From sequence record MW822008.1: a stretch of DNA of 64,000 nucleotides. One strand, given 5' to 3'. This document shows positions 9,244 through 18,583 of the stretch, in pieces (the stretch's first letter is position 1; every line of letters starts with the position of its first letter). The DNA comes from Escherichia phage BF17. The position numbers and the translations under genes are program-made. The notes under the pieces were generated by a model. It worked only from the letters and a program-made list of their open reading frames with translations, did no database searches and was not told the origin of the DNA.

Positions 9244-9570
9244 GTGAATGGTTCGTTTTTAACAATATTAGAAAAGACAACCGAGATGCTTTCTAGCTCG
9301 TTAATGCAGATTTTCAGTACTAATAATTTATACAATACCCAGGTGTTAGATTCAATTAATAATAACTATGTGGTAAGTATATCTGATGAAATATGTCCAT
9401 TTAATGCGTATTCAATTTATAGTGTAGAAGAGTTTCATATATCCGAGATTCGATGTGGTTTTGGTGCTTGGTTAGTTCTAAATGAACGTTCAGGGTTGTC
9501 TTTATACATCGAAGAAGTTAGTAAATTTATATACAAAGGAGTAGAATATGTTAACCCCAATTATTCTTAG
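9244..9570 (+). CDS. hypothetical small protein
   Basis: GTG start after GGGAGAAG. Promoter at 9184..9212. Confidence 0.55.
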   Translation: MNGSFLTILEKTTEMLSSSLMQIFSTNNLYNTQVLDSINNNYVVSISDEICPFNAYSIYSVEEFHISEIRCGFGAWLVLNERSGLSLYIEEVSKFIYKGVEYVNPNYS

Positions 9571-10201
9571 CAGTGCATATGTAATCGGTATTATTATTTC
9601 TGGTATGCTTGCATATAACTATAACCGAAGTGTTCTAGGTTATGTAGTACTTGGTACAGTACTAAGTCCAGTGATTGCCATTGGTCTTCTTGTTATGCTA
9701 GGTGAGAAAAATACAAGCTTCTTTATTACTAAAGAACTTGATAAAATCACTCCAGCACCAGAAACAGTTATTCCAGAAGTTAAAGAAGAAGTTAAAGAAG
9801 AAGTTAAAGAAGAAGTTAAAGAAGTTGAAGTTCAAATGCAAGTTAAAGTGTATAATACACTTGAAGAAACTGATCCTAAAGTTGTAGTGAATGTAGTTCC
9901 AGTCGTTGAAGATGTGAAACCAAAAGCTCCTAAAGTACAGAAAAATACTAAAACTGCAAAGAAAGCTCGTTACACTAAAGGTAAGAACAAAGGTAAATCT
10001 AAGGATGAACCACAACTAGGTGTTCATGACCATACTGCACAAATTGCAACGGCAGCGACCGCAGCAGCAATCGTAACATCACCAATCTACAACAATGATG
10101 ATTACAGTGATTATAGCCGTCACAGCAGTTCTTCCTCTGATTCTTGTTCCTATGATAGCTCTAGTTCTGATTCAAGTTCATCGTCTGGAAGTTGTGATTA
10201 A
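9548..10201 (+). CDS. membrane protein with an EVKE repeat and a Ser/Cys-rich tail
   Basis: Two N-terminal hydrophobic helices. Contains (EVKE)n and a lysine-rich stretch. The C-terminus is SSSSSDSCSYDSSSSDSSSSSGSCD. Confidence 0.65.
   Translation: MLTPIILSSAYVIGIIISGMLAYNYNRSVLGYVVLGTVLSPVIAIGLLVMLGEKNTSFFITKELDKITPAPETVIPEVKEEVKEEVKEEVKEVEVQMQVKVYNTLEETDPKVVVNVVPVVEDVKPKAPKVQKNTKTAKKARYTKGKNKGKSKDEPQLGVHDHTAQIATAATAAAIVTSPIYNNDDYSDYSRHSSSSSDSCSYDSSSSDSSSSSGSCD
9776..9823 (+). repeat. 4 x 12-bp tandem repeat GAAGTTAAAGAA (codes EVKE)
   Basis: Read directly from the sequence. In frame within ORF 9548..10201. Confidence 0.9.
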
Positions 10202-10530
10202 TGTCAATGAAACCACTAATTCAACATAATATTTTTTATAGGTCATTATTCAAAATTCAAGATGATTTTTATCAGACGTTGAGTAATGATCTTATAGGTA
10301 AAACTGTACGATATTCGGAACAATACATCAAACGTATGACAAGTGAGTATATTGACCCTGAATACGAATACGACATTGAACACATTAATCCCAATACTAG
10401 AATGAAAATCATTGAGATATTTAAGAATGGGAGAACTATAGGTGCTGAAATTGAGTACTTGAATTGTGATTGTTACATAGATACCGAGTTAAGTTTGGAT
10501 TATCTTGTTTTAGTGGATGATGAGGAATAA
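10201..10530 (+). CDS. small paralog-family protein
   Basis: Contains motif SNDLIGKTVRYSEQY. Confidence 0.6.
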   Translation: MSMKPLIQHNIFYRSLFKIQDDFYQTLSNDLIGKTVRYSEQYIKRMTSEYIDPEYEYDIEHINPNTRMKIIEIFKNGRTIGAEIEYLNCDCYIDTELSLDYLVLVDDEE

Positions 10531-10532
10531 TT

Positions 10533-10748
10533 ATGATAACATTTTTTGCAATATATGGTTTTGTAGCATTTGTTACATTTATAACCAACTTTCTAGTACT
10601 TAATTGGGGTTGTTTTAAAGATGAAATCATGATTATCATGAATCTCCAAACAGCAGCACTGATGGCTATTATTTGGCCTGTAACATTAGTATATATTTTT
10701 ATTTCACTTACCCAAGATATTATTAACAAATATAAGAGAAAGAAATAA
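10533..10748 (+). CDS. small membrane protein
   Basis: Two hydrophobic segments (FFAIYGFVAFVTFITNFLVL; AALMAIIWPVTLVYIFISL). Confidence 0.6.
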   Translation: MITFFAIYGFVAFVTFITNFLVLNWGCFKDEIMIIMNLQTAALMAIIWPVTLVYIFISLTQDIINKYKRKK

Positions 10749-10999
10749 TGTTCAACACTGACTTATCACATTTGCGATATCTTATGTCTTTGGCTGATGA
10801 TTTTATAAATGATCTGAAGCCAAAATATATTGGTCAAGAAGTACGATTAATAAACTCCAGAGGGTATGGAAAGTATATTATTACTGATATGTATATTAGT
10901 GGTGGTGAATGGCGTTTTAAAATTAATACTTATCTTAAAGATGGTTCTTTTGCTGGAACACAAGTTACTAAACACACTAATATTATATGGTTGGAGTAA
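10748..10999 (+). CDS. small paralog-family protein
   Basis: Contains motif KPKYIGQEVRLINSRGYGKYIITDMY. Confidence 0.6.
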   Translation: MFNTDLSHLRYLMSLADDFINDLKPKYIGQEVRLINSRGYGKYIITDMYISGGEWRFKINTYLKDGSFAGTQVTKHTNIIWLE

Positions 11000-11001
11000 T
11001 A

Positions 11002-11745
11002 ATGAAACACTTCTTAGAAGTAACTGTACCTGATGATAAAGATTTATACATTGTAGGTGATTTGCATGGTAATGGTAAACTATGGGATGCTACAGTGAAA
11101 GAATTTGGTATTACACACAATGATTATGTTTTCAGTGTAGGTGATATTATCGACCGTGGAGAACAAAATTCAAAGCTCCTTTTTGAATTTTTGTTCGGAG
11201 AAAATCGTTACATGATTGCGGGTAATCATGAGATGATGTGCGTTGATTCGGAAACACTTCGAGATTGGTATCATTGTTGGATAAGTAATGGTGGTGATAA
11301 ATTCCTTGATGAAGTTGGAGGAACAGGCATTCAATTCTTTCGTCAGTACTTAAAGGATCTCCCTATGATTATCCAAATCAATCACCGAGGATTGAAGATT
11401 GGGTTAGTTCATGCTGGAGTTCCGTTGGAATATACAACATGGGAACGATTTGTTAATGGGACAAAATCACTTAGTGCTGATATAATTGATAAGTGCTTGT
11501 GGGATAGAAAAACATTCGATTATTGTAGAACTAATAATACATATTATGCACCTAAGTTAGATGGAGTGCATTGTGTCTTTAGTGGACATACAGCAGTTAC
11601 AGACCCACTCATTTACGGTAATCGCATTTGGATTGATAGTCAGTTCTTGACGGGTGACTTAACTCTCGCTACTCCACAAAGTGGTGGGATGAGATACTTA
11701 CGTAAAGAAAAAGATGAGTACTCATTCAATCGTTTCAAAAGGTAA
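11002..11745 (+). CDS. Ser/Thr protein phosphatase (lambda PP-like metallophosphoesterase)
   Basis: Contains motifs GDLHGN, GDIIDRG and GNHE. ATG at 11002 follows GGAG. Confidence 0.8.
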   Translation: MKHFLEVTVPDDKDLYIVGDLHGNGKLWDATVKEFGITHNDYVFSVGDIIDRGEQNSKLLFEFLFGENRYMIAGNHEMMCVDSETLRDWYHCWISNGGDKFLDEVGGTGIQFFRQYLKDLPMIIQINHRGLKIGLVHAGVPLEYTTWERFVNGTKSLSADIIDKCLWDRKTFDYCRTNNTYYAPKLDGVHCVFSGHTAVTDPLIYGNRIWIDSQFLTGDLTLATPQSGGMRYLRKEKDEYSFNRFKR

Positions 11746-11750
11746 TAATT

Positions 11751-12020
11751 ATGCATGATGTAGTTAAAAAATATTTGAATGATAGATATATTATGAAAAA
11801 ATCTATTAATTCTATCCTAAAAGACCATGCAAATCAAATACGTGAGATTCTATCAAATAAACTTATTGGTTGTTCAGTTGAGTTCAACTACAAAAAGAAT
11901 GTCGTGAAGGTTGGAGTTATTAAACGTGTAGTTGCTGTTTATGACCAAGATGTATATGTTGAAATAGAATATGATGGTAAATTATCACAATTAAGTACTG
12001 AAGATTTAACATTTTTATAA
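11751..12020 (+). CDS. small paralog-family protein
   Basis: Contains motif SNKLIGCSVEFNYKKNVVKVGVIK. Confidence 0.6.
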   Translation: MHDVVKKYLNDRYIMKKSINSILKDHANQIREILSNKLIGCSVEFNYKKNVVKVGVIKRVVAVYDQDVYVEIEYDGKLSQLSTEDLTFL

Positions 12021-12030
12021 GGAAATAGAA

Positions 12031-12258
12031 ATGAAAGTAATTCAAGTTATGGTAGAAAAATACCAAACTGAAGATGGTCGTATTTTTGATTCAGCTAAAC
12101 AAGCTGAACACCATGAACGTATTATTTCTGGTGCACGTAAAGTATGTCCTACATGTAATGGAACACAACAAGTACCGTCAGAAGATTACCGCAGCTTTTA
12201 TGCTTGTCCACACTGTGATGGGAAAGGCTACGTAGAAAAACAAGAGGTATGGAAATGA
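12031..12258 (+). CDS. small DnaJ-type zinc-finger protein
   Basis: Contains CPTCNGTQ and CPHCDGKG, both CxxCxGxG-like repeats. Confidence 0.6.
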   Translation: MKVIQVMVEKYQTEDGRIFDSAKQAEHHERIISGARKVCPTCNGTQQVPSEDYRSFYACPHCDGKGYVEKQEVWK

Positions 12259-12668
12259 AATTGTATTGCTTAACTAATATGTACTGCCAAGGTGTCCAAG
12301 CTGGTATTCAAGCATTCCATGCTGGTGTTAAACTAATTAAAGAATATGAAGGTACTGCTTTCAGTACTATTATTGATGAATGGTACTATGAACACGAAAC
12401 TATTGTAGTACTAAATGCTGGTGGACATGATAAGTTAAATTCTTATTATAACAACCTTAGCAAACAGGGAAAAGTTCCGTTTGCCAAATTCAATGAAGCT
12501 GGATTGAATGATGCTATTACCTGTGTAGCAGTACTGTGTACGTCTGAAATGATTGAAGACATGGCTGTTATGCGTATGAATCTTCCTGCTGGTGATCAAC
12601 TAATGCAAGTAAAATATGGTGCATTGTTTGACACATTAAAAGCAATCAGCACAATGAGGACAATTTGA
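12249..12668 (+). CDS. peptidyl-tRNA hydrolase 2 (PTH2)-like fold protein
   Basis: Pattern recalls PTH2: QGVQAGIQAFHAG...W...ETIVVLNAGG...DAITCVAVL. This is similarity by eye only. Confidence 0.45.
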   Translation: MEMKLYCLTNMYCQGVQAGIQAFHAGVKLIKEYEGTAFSTIIDEWYYEHETIVVLNAGGHDKLNSYYNNLSKQGKVPFAKFNEAGLNDAITCVAVLCTSEMIEDMAVMRMNLPAGDQLMQVKYGALFDTLKAISTMRTI

Positions 12669-13867
12669 TGGATTTTCCAGAGAAGTTATTTGTTGCACGT
12701 TCCTATGTAAACCACAACCAAGTTGATGGTTTTATTATCGATGCAACAAAATCACATACAAAAGCGTTTGAAACAAAGAAAGAGAGAGCAGAGTACTGGG
12801 CAAAGAAGAACAATCTTCCATCGTTATATATTGACAACGTTCCAACTACGGGATTTTGTGTAGTTGATAAATTAACAACTCATGCACGAGAAACATATTT
12901 CACGATCCGTCACCCAGAAGGATTTGAATTTATGATTAGTGCAAAAAACATGAATGATTTAATTATCAATAACGATATAATCAAAGGTGTTTTTGTAGAC
13001 CCAATGTTTTTCAACAATAACTTAGAATTAATTAATGGTAAAACAAAAACGTTTGCTAAGTTAGTTGAAAAAGAAAATAAAAAAGAACAACAAAAAGAAA
13101 CTGTAGCAGGTCTTAAAGTTGGTGATGGTTTCACTTATCTTAAAGAAGATTACTATTACTGCGGTAAAGTACATGCAATTTGTATAAAGAAAACTAAAGA
13201 ATTTGCATATCCCGACAAAAGTTCAGTTTATCATTTACTTTTTAACAGTACTCGTGGAACTTATGCATTGAATCAACGTTTGGATAATTACAATCTTGAA
13301 CCTCGTGCACTCTTGAATAAGAAGACTACGGCAGATGAAGAAATTAAACTTGCTAATGAATTTTGGCAAAGCTATAGAACAAACAGACATAACCCATTAG
13401 GTGAATCTAACATTCCAGTACTGGTACACAATAAATCATTTAAAGCAAAAGACCTTAAAATTAAATACGAAGAAATAAATGTTGATGATCTTATGAATAA
13501 TGGACGTTTCAACGAGAACGTACCATTTATGACTAAAGATAATGAACAAACATATCGCGTATTTTTTGGTGTAAGTAATAATACAACGCGTAGTTATTAT
13601 GGGCGTAGTGGAGATTATAATATCCATTATAATGATAAATTTGAACGCTTTAGTGCATATCCAGTTCAAATTGATGATAATGGGATTATGGTAATGGATG
13701 TTGATATTAATGAACACTCATCATTTAGTACATGGAATGGCTATCGTTCCCCATTCTTCCCACCAAATGAACGCAAAACATCAAGCACTCGTTACTACCA
13801 AGACAAACCATGTCACGTTCAACTATCAATTAGTAATCCACTTTATATTGGAAAGTATTATCTATAA
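12668..13867 (+). CDS. hypothetical protein (about 400 aa)
   Basis: TGATG overlap with the upstream ORF. No domain recognised. Confidence 0.65.
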   Translation: MDFPEKLFVARSYVNHNQVDGFIIDATKSHTKAFETKKERAEYWAKKNNLPSLYIDNVPTTGFCVVDKLTTHARETYFTIRHPEGFEFMISAKNMNDLIINNDIIKGVFVDPMFFNNNLELINGKTKTFAKLVEKENKKEQQKETVAGLKVGDGFTYLKEDYYYCGKVHAICIKKTKEFAYPDKSSVYHLLFNSTRGTYALNQRLDNYNLEPRALLNKKTTADEEIKLANEFWQSYRTNRHNPLGESNIPVLVHNKSFKAKDLKIKYEEINVDDLMNNGRFNENVPFMTKDNEQTYRVFFGVSNNTTRSYYGRSGDYNIHYNDKFERFSAYPVQIDDNGIMVMDVDINEHSSFSTWNGYRSPFFPPNERKTSSTRYYQDKPCHVQLSISNPLYIGKYYL

Positions 13868-13878
13868 AGGAATATACA

Positions 13879-15297
13879 ATGAGCATTTTAGCAATTCTTG
13901 AAAGCATTAAAAATACTAGCAGTACTCTGGGCAAAAAGGCTATTCTTGAACAAAATAAAGATAATGTAACTTTACAAAAAGTACTGAAATATACTCTAGA
14001 CCCTTCTATCGTTAGTGGCTATAAGAAGCTCCCTGCCGCTGATGACGTATATCAACATATGACGTTAGATGAAGCAATTGATAAGCTAGAATGCATTTAC
14101 AAGCGTGATGTGACAGGAAATGCGGGGCGTGATTTCATTGCTTCAGTACTGGGTTCTGTATCTGAAGATGATCAGGAAGTTCTACGTAGAATGCTCACTA
14201 AGAACCTTGATTGTGGTATTCAGGAGAAGAACTGCAATGATGTGTTTGGTAAAGGATTCATCAAAGACGAACCATATATGCGTTGTTCTTTGATTGACAA
14301 AAAGACTGCAAAGAACATCAACTTCAAAGATTATGGTTACGCTATATCAGAAGTGAAAATGGATGGTCAGTACTTAAACCACGTTGTCATTAATGGTTCA
14401 TTAACTTCTACATCCCGTAATGGTAAACTATACGACTTCCTGGGTTGTCGTGATGGTGAGATGGCAGGTCTTGCTCACATCATCCAAAGTAAAGATGAAC
14501 GTTTTAGTAGTGGTGTAGTCTTTATGGGGGAAGGTGTAGTACTGGACAATGATGGAGAAACCATTCTCCCACGCACTACTGGCAACGGTATAATTCAGAA
14601 AGCTGGTAAAGATAGCATCAGTCAGAATGAAGCAATGCGTACTGTATTCGTTCTATGGGATGTTGTTCCATATGATGCATTTTGTGAAGGTGTATGGGAT
14701 GTAAAACGTAAAGAACGTCGCGAGATCTTAGTAGATGCAATTAACGAACTCAATAGTGATTTTGTTCGTATGGTTGGATTCCGTAAAGTTCTAAACATCA
14801 AAGAAGCATTTGAGTACAATAGTGAACTAATGAACGAAGGTGAAGAGGGTTCAGTACTGAAATGTGAAGATGGTATCTGGAAATCTCATACTTCACCTAA
14901 GCAGTTGAAAATGAAATTGAAAATGCAACTGGACTTACGTATTGTTGGTTTCAATGAAGGTGAAGGTAAACGTAAAGGAAGCCTAGGTTCTTTACAACTG
15001 GAAAGTGCTTGTGGTTCATTGAAAGTTAATGTGGGTACTGGTATCAAAGAGAAAGATGCTGAATGGACATTTAAAACCATTTGGGAAAGAATGCAAGAAC
15101 TTATTGGTAAAGTGGTTACAGTTGAGTGTAATGACATTGTATTCGACAAGCGTACTGGTGAGCCATCACTGTTCTTACCAGTGTTTATTGAATTTAGATT
15201 TGACAAAAACACTTGTGATGATTATACTCGTATCTTAGAAATTCGTGAGAGTGCTGTTGAAGTGTTCTCAAACAGTATTATTGACGCATTAGGTTAA
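13879..15297 (+). CDS. ATP-dependent DNA ligase
   Basis: Adenylation motif I SEVKMDGQY. Later motifs EGSVLK and KLKM, and the size, fit the T4 gp30 class. Confidence 0.85.
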   Translation: MSILAILESIKNTSSTLGKKAILEQNKDNVTLQKVLKYTLDPSIVSGYKKLPAADDVYQHMTLDEAIDKLECIYKRDVTGNAGRDFIASVLGSVSEDDQEVLRRMLTKNLDCGIQEKNCNDVFGKGFIKDEPYMRCSLIDKKTAKNINFKDYGYAISEVKMDGQYLNHVVINGSLTSTSRNGKLYDFLGCRDGEMAGLAHIIQSKDERFSSGVVFMGEGVVLDNDGETILPRTTGNGIIQKAGKDSISQNEAMRTVFVLWDVVPYDAFCEGVWDVKRKERREILVDAINELNSDFVRMVGFRKVLNIKEAFEYNSELMNEGEEGSVLKCEDGIWKSHTSPKQLKMKLKMQLDLRIVGFNEGEGKRKGSLGSLQLESACGSLKVNVGTGIKEKDAEWTFKTIWERMQELIGKVVTVECNDIVFDKRTGEPSLFLPVFIEFRFDKNTCDDYTRILEIRESAVEVFSNSIIDALG

Positions 15298-15316
15298 CCA
15301 TTTATTGGAGGTGATT

Positions 15317-16108
15317 ATGAAATTTGTTGTAACATCTGATGTACACGGTGGGACTGATTACCTCCATAGTGGTGATTACAGTGATACAGTACTGATTATT
15401 GCTGGGGACTTCGATGAAGTTAAACGCAGTCGTTACCGTACTGGTATAGAATCACTATGTAAGCAGTTTAAGAATGTAGTACTGGTTCCAGGCAATCATG
15501 AATATTATGGTTCCAATATCCACAAAACGCATAAAGTACTGTCCGATATGCAAGATGAGATTCCAAATTTCATCTTTTTGCAAAACAAATTTGTATGGCT
15601 GGACGGAGTACTGCTTGTTGGTAGTACTCTGTGGACAGACTTCGATAAAGGTAATTCTTTGACGAAGTTTGATGCTCGTCTGAAGATGAACGATTACAAA
15701 CATATCCGTCATGGAACAACATCAGAGCCTTGGCGTAAGAAACTGACACCAGATGATACTGAGTTTATGCATCACAAAGATAAACAATTTATCAAAAATT
15801 CTATTGACACAGTTCGCTTTATGCATGATAATGATTTCAAGGTCATCGTGGTTACCCATCACGCACCAAGTTATCAAAGTGTTTCACCAAAATATAAAAA
15901 TGATTCACTGAATGGTTGTTACTGTTCCGATATGGATCAGTACATTGAAGATTTGGGTGCTGATGTTTGGATTCATGGTCATGTTCATAGTAGTTTTGAC
16001 TACCACATTGGTAAGACACGTATCATTTGTAATCCACGAGGCTATGAATCATACAGTGGAGCTTGTGAGAATTTTGATTACAATCCTAAATTTGTATTTG
16101 AAATTTAA
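15317..16108 (+). CDS. calcineurin-like metallophosphoesterase
   Basis: Contains SDVHG, AGDF, GNHEYY, THHAP and GHVH. ATG at 15317 follows GGAGG. Confidence 0.8.
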   Translation: MKFVVTSDVHGGTDYLHSGDYSDTVLIIAGDFDEVKRSRYRTGIESLCKQFKNVVLVPGNHEYYGSNIHKTHKVLSDMQDEIPNFIFLQNKFVWLDGVLLVGSTLWTDFDKGNSLTKFDARLKMNDYKHIRHGTTSEPWRKKLTPDDTEFMHHKDKQFIKNSIDTVRFMHDNDFKVIVVTHHAPSYQSVSPKYKNDSLNGCYCSDMDQYIEDLGADVWIHGHVHSSFDYHIGKTRIICNPRGYESYSGACENFDYNPKFVFEI

Positions 16109-16120
16109 TGAGAGGATATT

Positions 16121-16504
16121 GTGTCATTAATTTATTTTGAACTGCCAGAATATACCAATTATCCAAGCCGAGTTATTTGCTCAGTTTATAGTAATGCATA
16201 TCATCACTTGTTAGTGAATAGTAATAAAGCTGTGCATTATTATCGAAATAAAGAACCACGTACATTAAAGAATCGTTATGGGTTTGACCCAACTAACACT
16301 GAAGTTGAACTCTGTGATCTGTTCGGGGAAGTAATGGTGGTATTGAAACGAGATATTCATCTTTTCCATACATACAAACTTAATCAGTACTTTATGGAAA
16401 CACTGTCTATACGTTCCCATGCTCCGATGATTAAAGTTGATTTGAATTATGTTGATGATAAATTGAAATATGATTTCATTAATTCACTTGTTTATTTGGA
16501 GTAA
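16121..16504 (+). CDS. hypothetical protein
   Basis: GTG start after GAGAGGA. No domain recognised. Confidence 0.55.
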   Translation: MSLIYFELPEYTNYPSRVICSVYSNAYHHLLVNSNKAVHYYRNKEPRTLKNRYGFDPTNTEVELCDLFGEVMVVLKRDIHLFHTYKLNQYFMETLSIRSHAPMIKVDLNYVDDKLKYDFINSLVYLE

Positions 16505-16505
16505 T

Positions 16506-16910
16506 ATGAATATACGTTCAGTACGAATATTTTCATTTGTTGATATGAATAAAAAACACTCTTATGTGTTTGAAAATGTCAATAAGTTAAATCCTCATAC
16601 GGCAAAAATGATTGAAACCATGAAGAACTTGAGTTTACATATAGAAGTTTACTATCTTCATGACGATTCTGTTTATGTATATGATGATGGATGGTATGAC
16701 GGTGTGTTTTATGATGACATTAGCACTACTGCTGATTACTACTTTCTAGTGAGTAATCCACTATTCAGTACTAAAACTTTGTTTGACATTACCGATACAA
16801 GCGTGTATGATACAAGTCATGTTGAGTTACTTAAGTTTGATCCAGTATTATTCAACAAAGAGACGGCGTATTGGATGACTGATTTCTTTTCAAATATTCC
16901 AGTAAAATAG
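16506..16910 (+). CDS. hypothetical protein
   Basis: ATG at 16506 after GGAG. No domain recognised. Confidence 0.6.
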   Translation: MNIRSVRIFSFVDMNKKHSYVFENVNKLNPHTAKMIETMKNLSLHIEVYYLHDDSVYVYDDGWYDGVFYDDISTTADYYFLVSNPLFSTKTLFDITDTSVYDTSHVELLKFDPVLFNKETAYWMTDFFSNIPVK

Positions 16911-16911
16911 T

Positions 16912-16940
16912 TTGGACATTTTAAATCTTAGTGATATAAT
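16912..16940 (+). promoter_or_regulatory. promoter: TTGGAC-N17-TATAAT with a TG extension (clpP)
   Basis: TGATATAAT at 16932..16940. clpP ATG at 16975. Confidence 0.6.
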
Positions 16941-16974
16941 ACTCACAACAACGAAATAATAGAGGAAATTAATA

Positions 16975-17670
16975 ATGGTTGAACAATTCATGTTTGGTGG
17001 TTATGCTAATGGCGAAGTACGTAACATTTCTATTCCTTACGTAGTTGAGAAAGTTAATGGTTCAGAACGTACATATGATCTAGCATCTCGTATGATGCAA
17101 GACCGTATCATTTTCCTTGATACTGATTTCAATGATCAAATGGCACATATCATCAAACAACAATTGGTATGGTTAGACTCACAAGGTGATTCCCCTATTA
17201 CATTCTACATTAGTTCACCGGGTGGTTCAGTACACGCAGGTTTGGGTATTGCAGATGTTGCTAAGTCTTGTATTTCGCCAATTCGCACTGTAGTAATGGG
17301 CTATGCAGCATCAATGGGTTGCTATACACAATCTGTTATTGGGACTAAAGGTTTCCGTTTAGGTGGTAAACGCTCATACTTCATGTGTCACCAAGTAAGT
17401 TCTGGTACACAAGGTCTAATTACAGACCAGAAGATTTCCCTACAACATTCTGATGCACTGAATACATTGTTGACCAAAGAAATTGCAGAAGCTGTAGGTG
17501 TATCACATGAACAATTACTAAAAGATGCTGACCGCGATTTGTGGTTAAATGCAGAAGAAGCACTTGAATATGGTGAACATGGTTTCATTGATGGTATTAT
17601 TCTTGGTCCACGTAACGAAGAAGGCAAGTACTTAGTTAAGCGTCGCGGTGGTGTAGAAGAGTGGGTGTAA
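16975..17670 (+). CDS. clpP: ATP-dependent Clp protease proteolytic subunit
   Basis: Contains RIIFL, YISSPGGSVHAGLGI, GYAASMGC (Ser) and CHQ (His). Promoter at 16912..16940. Confidence 0.88.
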   Translation: MVEQFMFGGYANGEVRNISIPYVVEKVNGSERTYDLASRMMQDRIIFLDTDFNDQMAHIIKQQLVWLDSQGDSPITFYISSPGGSVHAGLGIADVAKSCISPIRTVVMGYAASMGCYTQSVIGTKGFRLGGKRSYFMCHQVSSGTQGLITDQKISLQHSDALNTLLTKEIAEAVGVSHEQLLKDADRDLWLNAEEALEYGEHGFIDGIILGPRNEEGKYLVKRRGGVEEWV

Positions 17671-17679
17671 GATAGATTT

Positions 17680-17707
17680 TGATGCCTCAATATGGGGCAT
17701 CATCTTT
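17680..17707 (+). terminator. hairpin / weak terminator after clpP
   Basis: TGATGCC-N9-GGCATCA followed by TCTTTG. Confidence 0.45.
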
Positions 17708-17718
17708 GTGGAGATTAT

Positions 17719-18009
17719 ATGAAAGTACTAGTACGTAATAATACGGAAGTAGCAAATGTATTAGAAGATTCCGATTTTATTAATGTTGCGTTCGATCAAA
17801 TTAGTGCAGTAGCACTTGAATTAAAAAATGTAGATGAATCTGAGCGTGTGCTGAATGGTTTTGCAATTGTACTTGAATTAATGAATGAAGTACTAATTAA
17901 AAAGAACATTAATCCAGTTGATGCGGTTCAACATGCAGAAGCTGTGCGTAAAGAACACGGTACATTCTCTGACAAAAAATACATTCAAACTGATGAGGTA
18001 AAAGAATAA
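17719..18009 (+). CDS. hypothetical protein
   Basis: ATG at 17719 after GGAG. The upstream part of the track ORF overlaps a terminator hairpin. Confidence 0.6.
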   Translation: MKVLVRNNTEVANVLEDSDFINVAFDQISAVALELKNVDESERVLNGFAIVLELMNEVLIKKNINPVDAVQHAEAVRKEHGTFSDKKYIQTDEVKE

Positions 18010-18010
18010 T

Positions 18011-18457
18011 ATGTCCAATGCACAATATAAAGATGGTTATGACGCATACAAAGCAAAAGTAGTTCTAAGTGCTGAACAGCTAAAAATGCAGCATCCATTA
18101 TATCGTCAGGGCTATCGTGCAGCACAAGCAGAAGCAATGAAGAAAAATAATGTAACTTTCCCTACTACACTATATGATATTCCAAAACGTCCACACATTT
18201 TTAAAGCTGAATGGACTGATATTATGGCAGCGACAAAGCGTCCACGCTTTGCTAAATTACACACCGATGAAGGTCGCTGGTTGCTAATGGGGATTATGAA
18301 AGCAGTTGAGAATCAATCTCATAAGATTGTTCGTTATAAAGATGTTGTTGCTATGGTTGATAAAGCATTTGACCTTGTACTTCAATATGGTTATGATGAA
18401 GGTGTTCTAACTGTTTCTGATTGTGAAAAATATCAGTACACCCCATATCAAAAATAA
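18011..18457 (+). CDS. hypothetical protein
   Basis: ORF track. Followed by a terminator at 18468. Confidence 0.65.
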   Translation: MSNAQYKDGYDAYKAKVVLSAEQLKMQHPLYRQGYRAAQAEAMKKNNVTFPTTLYDIPKRPHIFKAEWTDIMAATKRPRFAKLHTDEGRWLLMGIMKAVENQSHKIVRYKDVVAMVDKAFDLVLQYGYDEGVLTVSDCEKYQYTPYQK

Positions 18458-18467
18458 TATTGTGAAA

Positions 18468-18499
18468 AGGAATCCTATCATGGGATTCCTATTTTTATT
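18468..18499 (+). terminator. intrinsic terminator
   Basis: AGGAATCC-N7-GGATTCCT followed by ATTTTTATT. Confidence 0.7.
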
Positions 18500-18583
18500 G
18501 CTGTATATCAATTTTCCATTGATCATATTTTGATCTATATGAGCTAAATACCCAAGGAATCATTGTTACTAGGGTAGGTGAAT

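Noticed and set aside
9776-9823. The 12-bp tandem repeat considered as a CRISPR-like or iteron element.
   Set aside because: It is in frame inside a coding region and simply encodes (EVKE)4.
11703-11720. AGTACT sites considered as SlmA-binding sites. The SBS consensus GTGAGTACTCAC has the same core, and ATGAGTACTCAT occurs at about 11706.
   Set aside because: The phage motif's preferred flanks are (T)C...G(A), not GTG...CAC. The resemblance is limited to the central hexamer, so this remains speculative.
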